A DNA stretch of 64,000 bases from Camelus dromedarius (lineage: Eukaryota): the NCBI RefSeq assembly GCF_036321535.1, contig NC_087437.1, positions 66,838,001-66,902,000 of the forward strand, read 5' to 3'. The notes beneath the pieces were generated by a model. That model was given only the letters and a program-made list of their open reading frames with translations. It was not told the DNA's origin and did not search any database. This document shows positions 28,779-41,720 of the stretch, piece after piece (within the stretch, counting starts at the first letter, position 1; each line of letters opens with the position of its first letter). The position numbers and the translations under genes were made by a program.

Positions 28779-29115
28779 TATGGTAGGTTGAGTAACGGTG
28801 CCCCAAAGAAATCCATGTCCTGATTCCTGGGATCTGTGAATGTTGCCTCATATAGATAAAGGGGTTTTTGCAGATGTGATCAAGCTAAGGATCTTGAGAT
28901 GAGTTTATTTTGGATTATCTGATGTAATCACCAGATCTTTATGAGAGAAAGGCAGGAGATCAGACAGAAGTCCATGTGAGGATGGAGCAGACAGAGCAAA
29001 AGCAATGGGATGAGGGGCCAGGAGCCAAGAGACAAGGGCAGCCTCTAAAAGCAGGAAAAGGCAAAGAAATGCATTCTTCCCAGGAGTGTCCAGAAAGGAA
29101 CCAGTGCCCGCAGAC
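28779..29115 (+). mobile_element. MaLR LTR fragment (MLT1D-like)
   Basis: Contains the MLT1 hallmarks TTTGCAGATGTGATCAAGCTAAGGATCTTGAGATG and GGAAAAGGCAAAGAAATGCATTCTTCCC. Truncated at the 3' end. Confidence 0.8.
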
Positions 29116-29984
29116 ATGTAACATGCAGATAAACAGACAACGGTCAGTCTTCAAGGAGCTCATTTTCTCTCTACTCAAGGAAGGAGACAATTTAGGAAAC
29201 TATGACAGTGGTTGGAGGTCAGAGGTAATGAAGGTCCAAACTTCACCATCCTGATCACCTTCCTAAAGATACTTCTATGTGTAAGCTTCCATCTTCAAAC
29301 AGAGCACTGAGAAATGGACACAGACGCCCTATTTGATTCGACCTGTGAAGAGGGCAGCGTGGACCCCTCAATCCACACACTCTGCAGTCATAGAACCTAA
29401 GATGGAGCCAGGTATACCTCACTCAGTCAGCTGTCAAAATGCAGTGTGGGGCAAAGCAACAGGCACATGTGGAATGTCCTGTGGGGCCACTGAAACCCGG
29501 CCTTACACTGGTCCATCAGCGACAGAGCCAGGCTCATCTTCCAGATTCATAACTCTCCTGAAACACAGATGGAAACTAGACAGTTGGCTGGGTGTCACTA
29601 TGATGATTGCCTCTTGCCATAACCCATATCCCTCATTTCATTTCTTTTCAGATTTGTTAAGTAGTTTTCTGTTTCTGGTTATTAAAGAAATGTAAAATTT
29701 AGAAAGTTTACCAAATTCCCACCCCAGAAATATTTATCAACAGATAAGGATCTTAAAACTAGCATTTTTATTCATTCAACCGAAGGAAACAAATAATTAC
29801 GTCTCTGTCTATCTATCTATCTATTTTTTTAAGTAGAAGCCCTTAGGGATACATGGGAGCCCTGGAATATATGTTCTCAGCTCTCTCAACTTCCTCGACT
29901 GTAGCATTACTCAGGAACCACATTCTGAGTAATGAGGCTGAAACAGGATAAGCTTTCCAATCACCAAGGAAATAATAACCACAG

Positions 29985-30220
29985 TTAACACTTACAGAAG
30001 GTTAACTAAATTCCAGGCAGTACACTAGTTTATTTAATCCTTATAAGGACCCTGTGTGATAGGCACTATTATTCTTACAATTCCCAATTTATAGATGAAG
30101 GAACTGAGGCACAGAGAGGTTTGGTATCTCATCCACGGTCACAAAGCTAGCACGTGGTAGAGCTGGGGTCTGAACCAAGGCAGACTATCAGCACACAAGC
30201 CACACACTAACCACCTTGCT
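29985..30220 (-). mobile_element. MIR SINE
   Basis: Reverse MIR core CCCAATTTATAGATGAAGGAACTGAGGCACAGAGAGGTT. Confidence 0.85.
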
Positions 30221-30923
30221 ACATGCACTGCTTCTCAGAGAGGTGAACTGATTTCACTAATCTGCATCTATTAAGGCAAGAAAGCAAACTAACAGACTTT
30301 ATGAAGATTCTTTTTTGAAAATAAGGATTGGAACAAAGGGACTTCATGAAAAATTCAAGGAATCAAGACACCCCATTCCCATACTAACTTGAAAAGAGTT
30401 TTTCCTCAATTTAAATAGTCAAAATACATGTTCACTGTTGAAATTTTGAGCAATATAAAAAATATAATGAAAAAAGAAAATCACGTGCTTTCACTTAGCT
30501 GCTTCGTTTTACAAGCTAGTCAAAGTGAGATCAGTAGGCCAAACACATCACAGTCACCTGGAGTTCATCTTCGAAAATGCGGATTCCTGGGCCCCACCTC
30601 AGACCCACAAAAGCAGAGAGACTGGCCTTAGAACACTGGTCTACAGTGGCACTTCAAGGCTTGCAGCCCTGTAAACTGTAGAAACTCATTCAGTGGGATC
30701 ATGTTTTCTCCACAGACCCAGATCCTTACAGGACCTACGCAAATGCCCACTTGAAACACTTATCAGAAGTCCACTTTGTTTCGAGGAGTCCAAAATGGAA
30801 TTTAAGGAGAACTTCTAATACTCCTTATTGTGTACTAATAGTGTACTAAAATTTAACCAATATTTTTTAAATTTTGAAATTAAATTTTAAATTAAATTAC
30901 GTTTTAAAAATAAATACATTTTT

Positions 30924-30955
30924 AGTCATCCTTATGCCCAGTCATCCTTATGCCC
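30924..30955. repeat. Perfect 16-bp tandem duplication
   Basis: AGTCATCCTTATGCCC occurs twice in tandem. Confidence 0.95.
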
Positions 30956-33819
30956 ATTGCCTGAGGCTTAAAAAGAGAGGTTCAGAATTTTTGCACCCAG
31001 AAATCAAAACTCATACTCCCCCCTCCCACCCACCCCCAGAACAGCACCCCCTTTCCTTTCTGAAACCAAGTTGTCTTTAGGGGCAGTAAGAAAAAAAAGG
31101 AACTGAGGAAACCTAGTCTCGTCTGAGAGTCAGGCTTGGGTGAGGGCAAACAGGTAACTTGATGGGTATATTTTCCTGAGCTTCAGCTGCAGGCTCTGTG
31201 CCCAGGGTCCAAACAGCTCTAAGGCAGCCCCTGAGAGCCCCCAAGCTGGGTTTGTGTCCTCAGCCCTGAACCCGATACAGAGCCCTGCATGGAGCTTTGC
31301 TTCTCCAGAAAGCAAAATGGCTTCTCCCCATTCACACCAGGCTCATACTCTACTATCAGCCAAACAAAGGATTTTCCAAATATGGACCCAAGAAAGCATG
31401 TGCACTTTGAAGGCCACAATGAAGCTTAAATAGCTAAAACTTATTAAAAAAAAAAAAAAAGCCAACAATGGACGCCAAAAAGCGTGAGTCCTTAAAGAAC
31501 AGAACAGCAAGACAAAAGCCAGAAAGAGGAACAAAAATATGCATTGTAGGGGAGGGGCAAGCAGGGAGGTGCAGATTTATATGGAAGAGTTGACATCATT
31601 GTTTCCCAATAATACTCAGCGTGCAGGAAACAGATGGGAAAGCAGCGGTGGAAGGGGCTACTTATGGTAACAGGGCATGCGCTCTGTTTAGAATCCTGCC
31701 ATTTGGAAACGAAATGTTTGACTTTGAAAAACTGAGGATGGGAACTCCATTGCCAGAAGTTTTGTTAAAGTCGAACTAAATCCTACTGAACTTACCACCT
31801 TGGCACAATGCATGGTTACATGGAGCTCTGCATATCAGACCCTGTTTTACTGTCAGCATAACTGCAGCTCTTTGGGTCCAGGGGACACAAAGCTGCATGA
31901 GGGGAATCCTTAATGTCAGGCAGATGTGGTTTGAGGCCTTGTTCTCCCAACTCCTAGCTGCGTGATGTTAAGCAAGTTGCTTAACCTCTCTGAGTTAGTC
32001 TTCATATATAAAATGGGGGGCAAAACAGAACTTTCCACACACAGTGGGGAGAAGTTGAGGTCACACATTTATACTGCACTGTTAGATTTAATCAAGAAAC
32101 AATCAGGGTGGTCAGTTAACATCACTTCTTAAAGTTCTACCTTTTAACAGAAACTTCCATTCCCCTGCCTTTGGACAGGACAAGGCATAGCCAAGCTAAC
32201 TGCCATCTTGCTGTGATCAGGTACAGTGCCTTCTCCTGAGGGTAGGATCAGCCTCCTGCCATTGAAGACAGCTTCTGTCAGCCGGCCAGGGTACCCGCCT
32301 CCAAGCCTGGCCATTGTAAGTCACTCTCAGCCAACTTTCCCACAGTTTAAGCATCTTCTTCCCCAGGGCGCAAGAAGGCGTGACCAATTACAAGTATCAG
32401 GCAAAACCATGTGGTTTCCTGTCTGCAAAAACCAACCACCCCATCTCTCCATATCTCCGTCATTCCTCACGAGTCAGATGATAGTTATCATTTCATTGAC
32501 TTTTCCCTCTTACAAAGAACCCACTCTGATATTTCTCTTTCACTTGGCTACCTCACATGTTAACATCCCCCACTTGCCCTCTCTAGAACCCTCATTACAT
32601 TCTTGGTACTCTTCTAGTTGTTTCCCGTCTTATGCAACCCCACTAGGTTGAGAGCCTCCTGTAAGCCCAAGAGTGTCTAGCACATTAGGATCCCACTAAA
32701 TGTTTGTTGCATTGAATTGAAAGCCCCATACAAGACGGTTTCTGAACAAAAATATGAAAAGAGCCAGGGAAAGAAATATGCATAATTATACAAATTAGCT
32801 AAATTCACAAAGGGTATAGATTTATTTACAGTTTGTCAGACTCCTACTTTATGTGTTGAACTGTTTTCTGCTGTCTGTAATAGCAAGAGCTGGTATATGT
32901 TGCTTTTTGAGACGGTGACATTCACCCCTCTCCCTCTGGGGGGTGGTGAGGAGGGGCCCCCAGAGGCATTCTGGGCCAGCATCAGGCCATGGGCGGGGCA
33001 CCGGGGCCTGGAATGTATCAGCCAAGCTTGAACTAGAACAAAGAGTGCCTGAGACTCGATCCCAGAAACTCAGTTGGTTCTAGGGCCCCGCCAAGAATGT
33101 GGTTCATACCAAGGAGTGACTGGGAGGCACTGGGAAAAGGCAGTGTTTCTGGGGCATCCTGTGAAAAGTCGGGGTCGGTTTCTATCTGGGAGTAGTTAAT
33201 GTGCCCTTGTGAGGAACCTTGAACAATCTTGGATTCCTGATATTCCAGCACATCAGCAACATCCCAGGCCCTGAGCTTCCTAGAAGGGTTCAAAGTCTGG
33301 CTTCTTGAGGAGGAAATAGGGTGGATCATCACCGGCTGTGTGTTGGCGGTGGGGCTCTCCCTGAGAGGCCAGTGAGCTACCAATTTGCGTGAGCTGCCAC
33401 CTGCCTTCAGCAGAGCTCACCATCCACTTGCAAACACAAAGCCAGTGAGAAAACAGACTAACAGGTAGAACGAAGACCAAATGGGGTGCCTCTGACTCTA
33501 AGGAAGGGGCCGTTCCAAGAGGGAAGAAGGGTTGTGGCTACAGTGGTCAGGGAGGTGCTAGGAGGGAAAGGTGGGGTCTAGCTGGACTTGAAGCTGGTAG
33601 GTAGGTTTAGAGTAAGTGTGTGTGAAAGGCGCTTGGCAGAGGGTGAGGTGCTGTTACTATCACCATTCCTGATCTAGGCTGGGGGAAGTACAATGCAAAG
33701 GGAGAAAAAGCCACTTTTTGCAGGTTTGTTCTTTTTTTCTTGACAAAACTGTAACATAAATGCCAAATTATGAAATATGCTATTTTGGGAGATTGTGTTC
33801 GTGCCTAAGACCATGGCCT

Positions 33820-34005
33820 TGGGAGTCAGATGGATCTGGATTTAAATCCTGCCTTTCTTATCTCTGTAATCTTGACAAGTGAGTTAACCTCTTGGATCTG
33901 AGTTTGCTCCTCTGTAAAAATGGGGGGAAATGCCCAATTCTTACGGATTTCAAAACCATTACTTTGTATGTGTAAAGTGACTGGCACATAGTAAGCAATC
34001 AGTGC
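33820..34005 (+). mobile_element. MIR SINE
   Basis: GGAGTCAGATGGATCTGGATTTAAATCCTG...CTCTGTAAAAATGGGG...CTGGCACATAGTAAGC. Confidence 0.8.
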
Positions 34006-36480
34006 AGACTGTAACTCTGCTAATGAAAATAACAATCAGGTGTGATCTGGGGCTCAGCCTTCATTTCTGGGGCCTTTCTCTGCTTCCAAGGGGCTGCCCC
34101 TCCCTCTTTCTTAAGCCATCCAGCAGCCTAATGCAACCATCTTCCTCCATCAAAAGTTGCTCTTAAAAAAGACCTAGTACTAGTATCTATTCTCTTCTGA
34201 ACTGAAGTCAGCATGTTTCCTCAGGGGTTCTTTATTTTGAGCCTTACCTAAAATTGCACCCTGAGGGGAAGGTGTGTGTGGGGGTGCTCTCTAGACTTCT
34301 GGAGTTCCCTCAGGCGGGGGCCCCACGTCAGTCAGGACAATACTTTGAGGGCAGAACACCAAAACCGGTTAAACTGTAGCGTGACATTTATGTTGGGACA
34401 TTTTTGCTGTAAGCAAAAAGAAAATTAATTTGAAGAATGACAATATGTGCGGAAATGCCATCTTGCCTTAAATGCATGGCAAGCAATGAGCGAAGAAGAA
34501 AACACAACAGAAGACCAAAAAAGCGAGTAGCTCCATGTTCCTGGGGCTCAAGACTGGTGTGAAGGAACCAACAGAGGAAGTGGAGTTCTGAGGCCCAGAG
34601 CGCAGAGGCCAGGACGGTGTGTGTGTGTGAGCAGGGTTGGGGCAGCTCACACTGACTGGCCTGTTCTGGAGGAAATGAGCACCAGGGAGCCCCAAGCAGG
34701 AGGGTCGAGCTCTACTTTGTTCCAAAAGTTCTGAGCTACAATAACTAATGGATGAGGGCTGGAGGCACTTCGTAACCCCTGACTGAGTCCTGGACCTCCC
34801 AGCCCCGTCCTCCTCTCCCATCCTCCACCACAGAACCCCTGCAACTTTCTGCATTGTGGTGACCCCCGGGGACAAACCTTCACAACTGCCTTGGTCAGTC
34901 AGCCTCTGGAATTTAGAATGTGTTCTCCCCTCTTCCTCAACCCCACAGAGAAAGGTTTCCAGGCTAGCCCACAGATGCCTAACAGGCTGAGGGGGGAAAT
35001 AAAAAGAAGGCATCAAAACCCACCACTCCAATGGCAGTGGGGAGCTTACCCAGCACTTACAGCCTTGTCTACGCGAAAACCGCTTCCTAGTTTCAACATG
35101 TTTCCCTCCGCCCCAGCAGATGGTCCGCTGGGCTCCAGGGCAGGTCTGGGGTGGCAGAGGCAAGGGCTTCCTTAGGTATCCCAACACCTGGGTCTCCAGA
35201 GGCTGGAAGGCATCTGTGTGGCTGCCAGTGGGGGTGGTAGGGCTGGAGGCAGGGCGAGGCCACACCTGTGGTCAGGGGGCTCTGGGCAGAGATCTGGAGA
35301 GGGAGGGGTGCAGGTAGGTGGAATAGCCATGTCCATCCTCCCGGGGGTGGGGTGGGGTGCTGTTTTCCACATCCAGACCACACAGAGGAAGTTACAGTTC
35401 TGCTTCATGCCATCTGTCACTCTGCCCAGGTTTAAAGCCTTAATTCTCCTCTTTTAGTCTTCCTGTTTCACTGTGGGAGTCCCGATTCGAGAATGCCCCT
35501 CTAAACTCAAGCCCATGAGGGGATTATTTGATCTCCACTAACTCCACCTCCAGGACCTGACTTCTCTTTCAGTTTCTCAGATCTTTCTGAGGGCCCTTTA
35601 GTTTCAGGTAACATCTTGCTCTCCCACCACTAAATACTGCTGGTCCACTCCCCAGTGGCTCTGGGAAATCCCTGTGGGAACCCTCCATTCAGTGGGACAA
35701 CTAGTGTGCTTCCTCCCTCTTGGTGACTGATTAGCCCATCTGACCATATCATTTCCCGGTTTCATTGCAGCCCTCATCCACTCAGTCACAGATAGTGTGT
35801 GGTTATGCGGAGCAAGTCCAGGGTGTTATGATGAGAGCTACATGCACAGCTGACCCTATGCATGCCCTCTGCTTAGTGCTTTGCCCATTGTAACTCATTT
35901 CTCTCCACATCAGTCCTCTAATCCCCATTTCACAAGTGAGGAAACTGAGACCCAGGGAGGTAAGTAACTTGCTCCAGGGTCACTCAGCTGGGAACAAAGT
36001 TAGGATTCTACCCCAGGCAGAAGGCTTCCAGAATTCCTAATGGGAGCCTTCAGCGTGGGGCACCTGACTTGGGAGGATCGGGGAAGGCTTCTAGAAGCAG
36101 CTGAGACCCAAAGCATGAAAAGTTAGCTCGGGAAGTGGTGATAAGCAGGTGCCAGGCAAGATGCTGGGAAGAAAACAACCAAGCCAAAGGGAATATGCCT
36201 GCCTTGATTCTCCATTCAGTGTTAAATCTTCTCTTGAACAGAAAAATGTTCACCTTCCTTGCTGAGACTTTGCTCCTATCTGTGTTTGGGTTTCTTATCT
36301 ACTGAATTGAAGATAAAAAACTTTCCTATTTTCTCCTTTGGTTATGACGGCAAACTTCAAAGCTTAATTGAGCTATTGGTTTCTGAAAGTTTGTTCACAT
36401 CCCTTAGACTGTAGATTTTTTTAAAAATTTGAAACATAAATGTTCTCATGGTGTCTCCACTCCCAAATTTTTTAAAAAGT

Positions 36481-36614
36481 TATTTATTTTTATTTTCTTA
36501 ATTTTTTGCAGGGGGAGGTAATTAGGTTTATTTATTTTTAAAGGAGGTACTGGGGATTGAACCCACGACTTTGTGCATGGTAGACATGCACTCTACCACT
36601 GACCTATACCCTCC
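36481..36614 (-). mobile_element. tRNA-Ala-derived SINE (camelid Vic-1 type)
   Basis: The minus strand reads GGAGGGTATAGGTCAGTGGTAGAG...GGGTTCAATCCCCAGTACCTCC (Pol III A and B boxes), followed by an AAAT-rich tail containing CCTAATTACCTCCCC. Confidence 0.9.
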
Positions 36615-37016
36615 TTCAAGACTAAATTTCTTGAGTCTGGATGCCTGTTTCTCTCCCAAAGCACCTTATACATGTTTGTTAAATCAGTGAACAAAGTGAG
36701 AAAATGATTCAGCCTCAGAAATGTAGAACAGCTACAAGTTCCCTTTATCTTATCCTGGCTCTTTGGAATACTGGGGCCCTTTTACTCTCATCAAGCTTAA
36801 AATTATATTTTGCAATGGCTCTTTATTTATTTCTTATGAACCTCTGTAATCCCTCAAATCAAATACATATATATAGTTTTTTCTCTTCAACCTGATAAGA
36901 ACTAGGAAAAAAAAAACTTCAGGAATCATGTTCTTGTCAAACATTCAGAGGATACATTCTGAATAGTCAAGGTTGCTTATCCGAGGAAAATGATCTGTAA
37001 CCCCCTGCACCATAAG

Positions 37017-37192
37017 CAATGGTTCTCATCTCTGCCTGTATATCAGAATCATCTAGGAAGCTTTTAAAACATACCCATGCCTGGGCACCAAGAGATTCTG
37101 ATTTAATCGTTCTGAGAGGGGGCCTGGACATCAGTGTTTTTTTAAAGCTCCCGAGGTGATTCTATTGGGCCGCCATGATGGCAAATCACCAC
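37017..37192. mobile_element. hAT-Charlie MITE (MER5-like)
   Basis: CAATGGTTCTCA...CAGAATCATCTAGGAAGCTTTTAAAA...AGAGATTCTGATTTAAT...GGTGATTCTA. Confidence 0.8.
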
Positions 37193-40100
37193 GTTGACAC
37201 TTGTTACCAGGGAGTGAGTAAAATGGCCGAGATTATTGGGAAGTGAGAGGACATCCTCAGCTCTTAGAGTGGGACCAGCATAGCGGCAGAAGATGGCCTT
37301 CCTGTAATGCTCTCTTACTGGGCCCTTGACTCCTGGCCCCAGCATTTCCAAGCACTGTGGGAAGACCCAGAGCACTTGGCTCAGAGGGGAGAGGTAGGAA
37401 ATGCTCACGGCTGCACTGTGGCCTCACAGAGCTTCACCCATGGCCTCCCAACCACAGGCATCAAAATGATGTGGTTTTCATTACATAGCTGCAAGCAAGG
37501 GTCTTCGTATCAGTGGTCAAAAAGAAGAAAAAGAAAAGTGTACTATTTTCAGCATCAGCAGTGAGAAAGGGATGCTCTTCTCCCTCTATTACAGACAGGA
37601 AGAGAAAGTTATCTGGTTCCGAAGGGAGAGCTGAGGGTTGGGGCAGCAGCCACTGTGCTGGAGGGGAAGTGAGAGAAATACTGGCCAAGTTGGCCAGAAG
37701 CAATTTCATGCCATTCTCGGATGATCTCACCAGGCTGGAGAAGTGGTCAAAAAAAACAAAAGGGGGAAATTGGCCCTTCACATCAGCCCCATGTGCAGCT
37801 GGGTACAATCAACAGCAGGGTCTGAATGTGGCATCCATTTGGATGCAACTGTATACAGGATTTGTGTGTGTGTGTGTATAAGGGAAAGGTTTCTGGTTTT
37901 CATCAGTTTCCTAAAGATCAAGGATGACAACTGGCCCTGAGCAACGTCTGCTTTAAGCTGAACACCTATTTGTCACCTGCATACCCTGCCCCATCAGATC
38001 TGTCCAACCAAAGGCAGCAGGGCTGGGCTACAGCAAATTACAGATGTGGATGACATTCATCTTCTGTGCTCAGTCCAAGGGTGCAGCTTCCCCATGTTCA
38101 GGTGGCCTGAGCTCAGCTGTCACCAGCTTTGTCCTGCACCCCAGCTCAGGGCTTTCCCTCCCTCCCAAGCACCAGAGTTCTCTTGGCTTCCCCACATCTC
38201 TGTTCTTTCCTTCTGCCCTTGTGCTCTTAGACCTGAATCCATTTTTCTCTGTCTCTACCCAGGTCTATCATTCTATCCTTGACCTCCAAAGATGAGTAAC
38301 TGTGATGTCAGCCTGGTGAGGCCCTCTCTAGCCTTCTGGATCCTAGTTACCACACTGACTTGTCACCCTTAGGATTCTGGGCTGAACTTTCAAGATGGTG
38401 GGCAAAGGGGCACTGCCCAGGTCAGCTTTTCCTCCCTGGGGGCAGAGTCCAGGCCTCCTCTATTAACTGATACATGTTTCAGAAAGTCCACAAGGAGGAC
38501 ACATTGTTTTAGAGAAAACCATTGGCACTGACTATTTATTGATGCTACACTATAACAAAAATGAGACAACCACCTAACTAGTTTTAGATGTGAGAAAAAA
38601 GAAATCCCAATTATTCTTATTTATGTAAGCTGCTTATCATGCGTGGCTAATTCCCACATGGCACAATAATGGTGTATGGATGATTGAGTGGGTCAGTTTC
38701 CTTCTGTTTCACAGCAGAACTTTACGCAGGTATGTCAGTCTTGAAAGTTTGCTGATCCTGGGGCAGGGCTCTCTGCTTTCAATTTAGGGGGAAAAAATCA
38801 TTAGAGGAGAATGTTGGCCTAGACAAGGAAGCCAGAGAGGGGAGAGAGGAGCCTAGGGTGCCAGAGCCCTCTGCATCCTCCATGATTGATGGTATGACCT
38901 TAGGCAGGTCAATTTACCACTGTGCACTCACCAACCCTACCCTCCCTCCCAGGGCAGGGAGCACTGGGAATTGGTTTTCAATTTTTTTGTTTGTTTGTTT
39001 AAGCAGTAGCCCCTTTTCTTTTTATTCCAACTGAAACATACGTGAAAACCTCAAATATAAAGCAGGTGAAAGAGGAACTGTCTAAGGCTGCCTTTGAGGT
39101 GTCTTCATAGAACCCTGCGATTCCTGGCTCATCCTATGATCTGTGACGTGGTAAGAATAGGGCAGGACTGAGCAGCAGCTCGATGCAACTCTCAGCTTTG
39201 GAGTGAGAGCCCAGAGCAGCACCCACATGGTGGAACGTGGTATCTGCGAGCATTAAGTGAACCTGGACTTAACATGAAGGCCCTCTGCAAAAACAGGCAG
39301 AGGTCAACATTTCATTCTGAACTTCTGGGGGTAGTGGTTAAGATGCACATTTGGAGTTCTCTCACACTCAAAACAACTCAATCCAAGCAATGTTATTTCA
39401 AGATTTCCATTTCCAGATTGTTGGAGAGGATTAAATGAATTGATTCAGTTGTGTCCCAATTTCAAAAGAGGCAGTTTCAAAACCTGTGGTCCCCCAGCTG
39501 TAAGATACTAAGCTATTTGTCCGAATGACACGGCAGACTGAACTCAAGACTACCGCAGGAATATCACACCACTGCAAATTACTAGGTGGTGCTAAGTCTT
39601 TAAAAAAAAAAAAAAAGAAATAGAAACAAAAGCATTGCTCTGTTTTTGAGATGCACATTTGATATGAGCTAATCAAATCATTTTTGAGATAACTTTCCTG
39701 GAGGCAGAATTATTCTGCACAGTTAAACAGCCCTTCATTTCCCCCCTTTGTTGCATCTCTCTATGTATAAACACAGGGCCCATATAGTGGACTTATTTCT
39801 CTCTCACTGAAGTTTCTGAAGACAAGGCCTTTTTGTCATGGGTAAGTGCAGGCCAGTCAACCTTACAAAAGGAGTCATTTAATGCTCAATTTCCCCAACA
39901 TCCCTATGAGTAAAAACATCTAACCTCAGATGCTGTTATTGTATTCTGGACTATTTTCTTTCACCCTCCCCCAACAAATGTTTAAATTGTCTCTTCTCCT
40001 CAGGATCCCCGCCCCACCAATCTGACCTTGAAAACCAAGAGGCTCTCCTGTTCTTTTACTTATCCTAAACTATTTTAAAATCAAGGCCCTCTGACCTTTT

Positions 40101-40726
40101 TACAACACTCTTCTGGTCTGACACACCAAATGCTAATTTGAAAGCCAAGAGGAGGTAAAGGGTCTGAGGGGGTGGGAAGGGGAGAGAGGGAGGTACTATA
40201 TATTTGGCATCAGTTCAGAAATTCAGAAAATGTTTGTGCAACCACTCCCCCGGCCAGGATCCACCGCACCCCCTGCCTTCCAGCACATTAATAAAAAAAG
40301 ATGTGAGCGGATGAAATTGGACAGCCCGGGAGGGACACCTAAGGCGGTCATAATTATGTACCCAGAGAAGCCCACTGAACACCATCCCACAAGTCCAGCC
40401 CTCCTCCTTCCCTTCCGATGTCCGAAGTTCTGGATCAGTACCTCTCGAGCCTCCACCCCCACCCCCCAGAGGCAGCCCGTTAAACTTGAAGCAGCACCGC
40501 CCATTAACGGCTTGTGTGACACAAACGGAAGGACTGACACAACCTCTGCACGTCGGGGTGGCAGCGCTATGCACCTTAAGAATCTTGTATGTTCTTTTAA
40601 AAAAAAAGTACAACGGCGCACAGGCCTGGATTACATTAACTTGTGAATTGAATATAGCACACCCTAGGAGAGTCCCTCTCTCTCTAAAACAAAAAGACGG
40701 GGGTGGGGGAGGCGAAGGCACTTTAC

Positions 40727-40826
40727 CATCCTGTCCTGAGCTTTCCAGATATTCCGTCAGGTCACAGCCAAAGGCGCTGGCGGCTCCCTTTCGTTTCAGC
40801 TTCTGCTTGGCACCCTTGTTCTTCAT
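40727..40826 (-). CDS. ARHGAP31: Rho GTPase-activating protein 31 (CdGAP), first coding exon (100 bp, phase-1 intron follows)
   Basis: The translation MKNKGAKQKLKRKGAASAFGCDLTEYLESSGQD is the recognisable ARHGAP31 N-terminus, including the FGCDL motif at the start of the RhoGAP domain. ATG is at 40826-40824, with an in-frame TAA at 40832-40830. The donor G|GTAAAG is at 40727/40726. The exon lies at the edge of a CpG island. Confidence 0.96.
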
Positions 40827-40829
40827 GAG

Positions 40830-41720
40830 TTAGTCCCGAAGAGGTTGCCCCTCCGTCTCTCCCTCCCCTCTGCTTGGCACCGCGCCTACGATGGTCTCCG
40901 GGGGGCTTAGATCAGCGGCTGCGGCGCGGCGCTGGGGGGCCGCATGGGCGTCCGGAAGAGCCTGGGCCCGGGGCGGCGCGCATGGACCCCGCGGGGCGCA
41001 GAGCCCGGCGCGGGCGGGGAGCCTGAAATCCACGGCGCGCTCCTCCAGGGCCGCGGTGCCGCAGGCCGTGCGGAGCTGGCAGCCGCGGGCCGGCTCGCTG
41101 GGAGTGTCACTTCCTCACTTGGAGTCCCAGGGACTTTCACAGGCTCCCGCGGTGTCTTCGGGTCTTTCCCTCCGCTTCGGAGAGAGGGCGAGCTCTCCGG
41201 TCCGCCTTCTGGAAGCCCGGGAGTGGCGGAGGGCGCGGGGAAGCCGGCGGCGGCGGCGAGGGGCGCGGAGACAGACGGGGGGGCTGCCGTGGGTCCTCTG
41301 CCCCGCGCGCGGTCTTGCCTTCAGACGGCTTCGGTGGAACGAAAAACAAGCATCCTGTCTCTCTCGCCCGCCCTCACGCCTTCCTTTTTTTCCTGTCTTA
41401 CAAATCCTAGGATCATCCAGCTCAGGAAATGCTGGAAGGAAGTTAGCTAGGGAGGGGGGCGGAGGGTGGAAATTTTTGGCAGCTCTGAGCTCGTGTGTGT
41501 ATGGAGCTGGAGGAAGTAGGTGGGTGGGTTGAGGAGTACGGGGTGGGGGAGAGAACGCGCTCTTCGGGGAGCTGGTCTGCGACTCTAGAGATAACTGGGC
41601 AGCTCGGGAGGAAATCGCCGCTCTCCTATGAGCACCCGCCGCCCGAGCCGCCTGCTTCCTGCCCCACCGACGGCTCTTTGAAGACGGCGGGAGGAGGCGC
41701 GCTGGCTTTCTGGACGGAGG
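40830..41720 (-). promoter_or_regulatory. ARHGAP31: CpG-island promoter and 5' UTR of ARHGAP31
   Basis: Dense CpG and high GC directly upstream of the ATG. ETS-type GGAA cores at 41108-41115, 41423-41430, 41437-41443 and 41511-41517. G-tracts at 41450-41550. The exact TSS cannot be determined. Confidence 0.88.

Larger units (their letters stand above)
1..40726 (-). other. ARHGAP31: ARHGAP31 intron 1 (continues beyond window start)
   Basis: Begins at the GT donor at 40726. I did not recognise any sequence encoding the expected continuation of the RhoGAP domain (VPYVLKSCAEFIE...) between 1 and 40726. Confidence 0.8.

Noticed and set aside
34468..35265. 265-aa minus-strand ORF, the longest in the window
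   Set aside because: Non-ATG start, no recognisable homology, and composition typical of GC-rich intron DNA.
36404..36480. Possible 3' transduction on the tail of the 36.5-kb SINE
   Set aside because: The putative TSD is too degenerate, and a T-run would terminate Pol III before this segment.
40215..40726. Remainder of the 203-aa ORF 40826-40215
   Set aside because: Similarity to ARHGAP31 stops at the GT donor at 40726; the rest is intron read-through.
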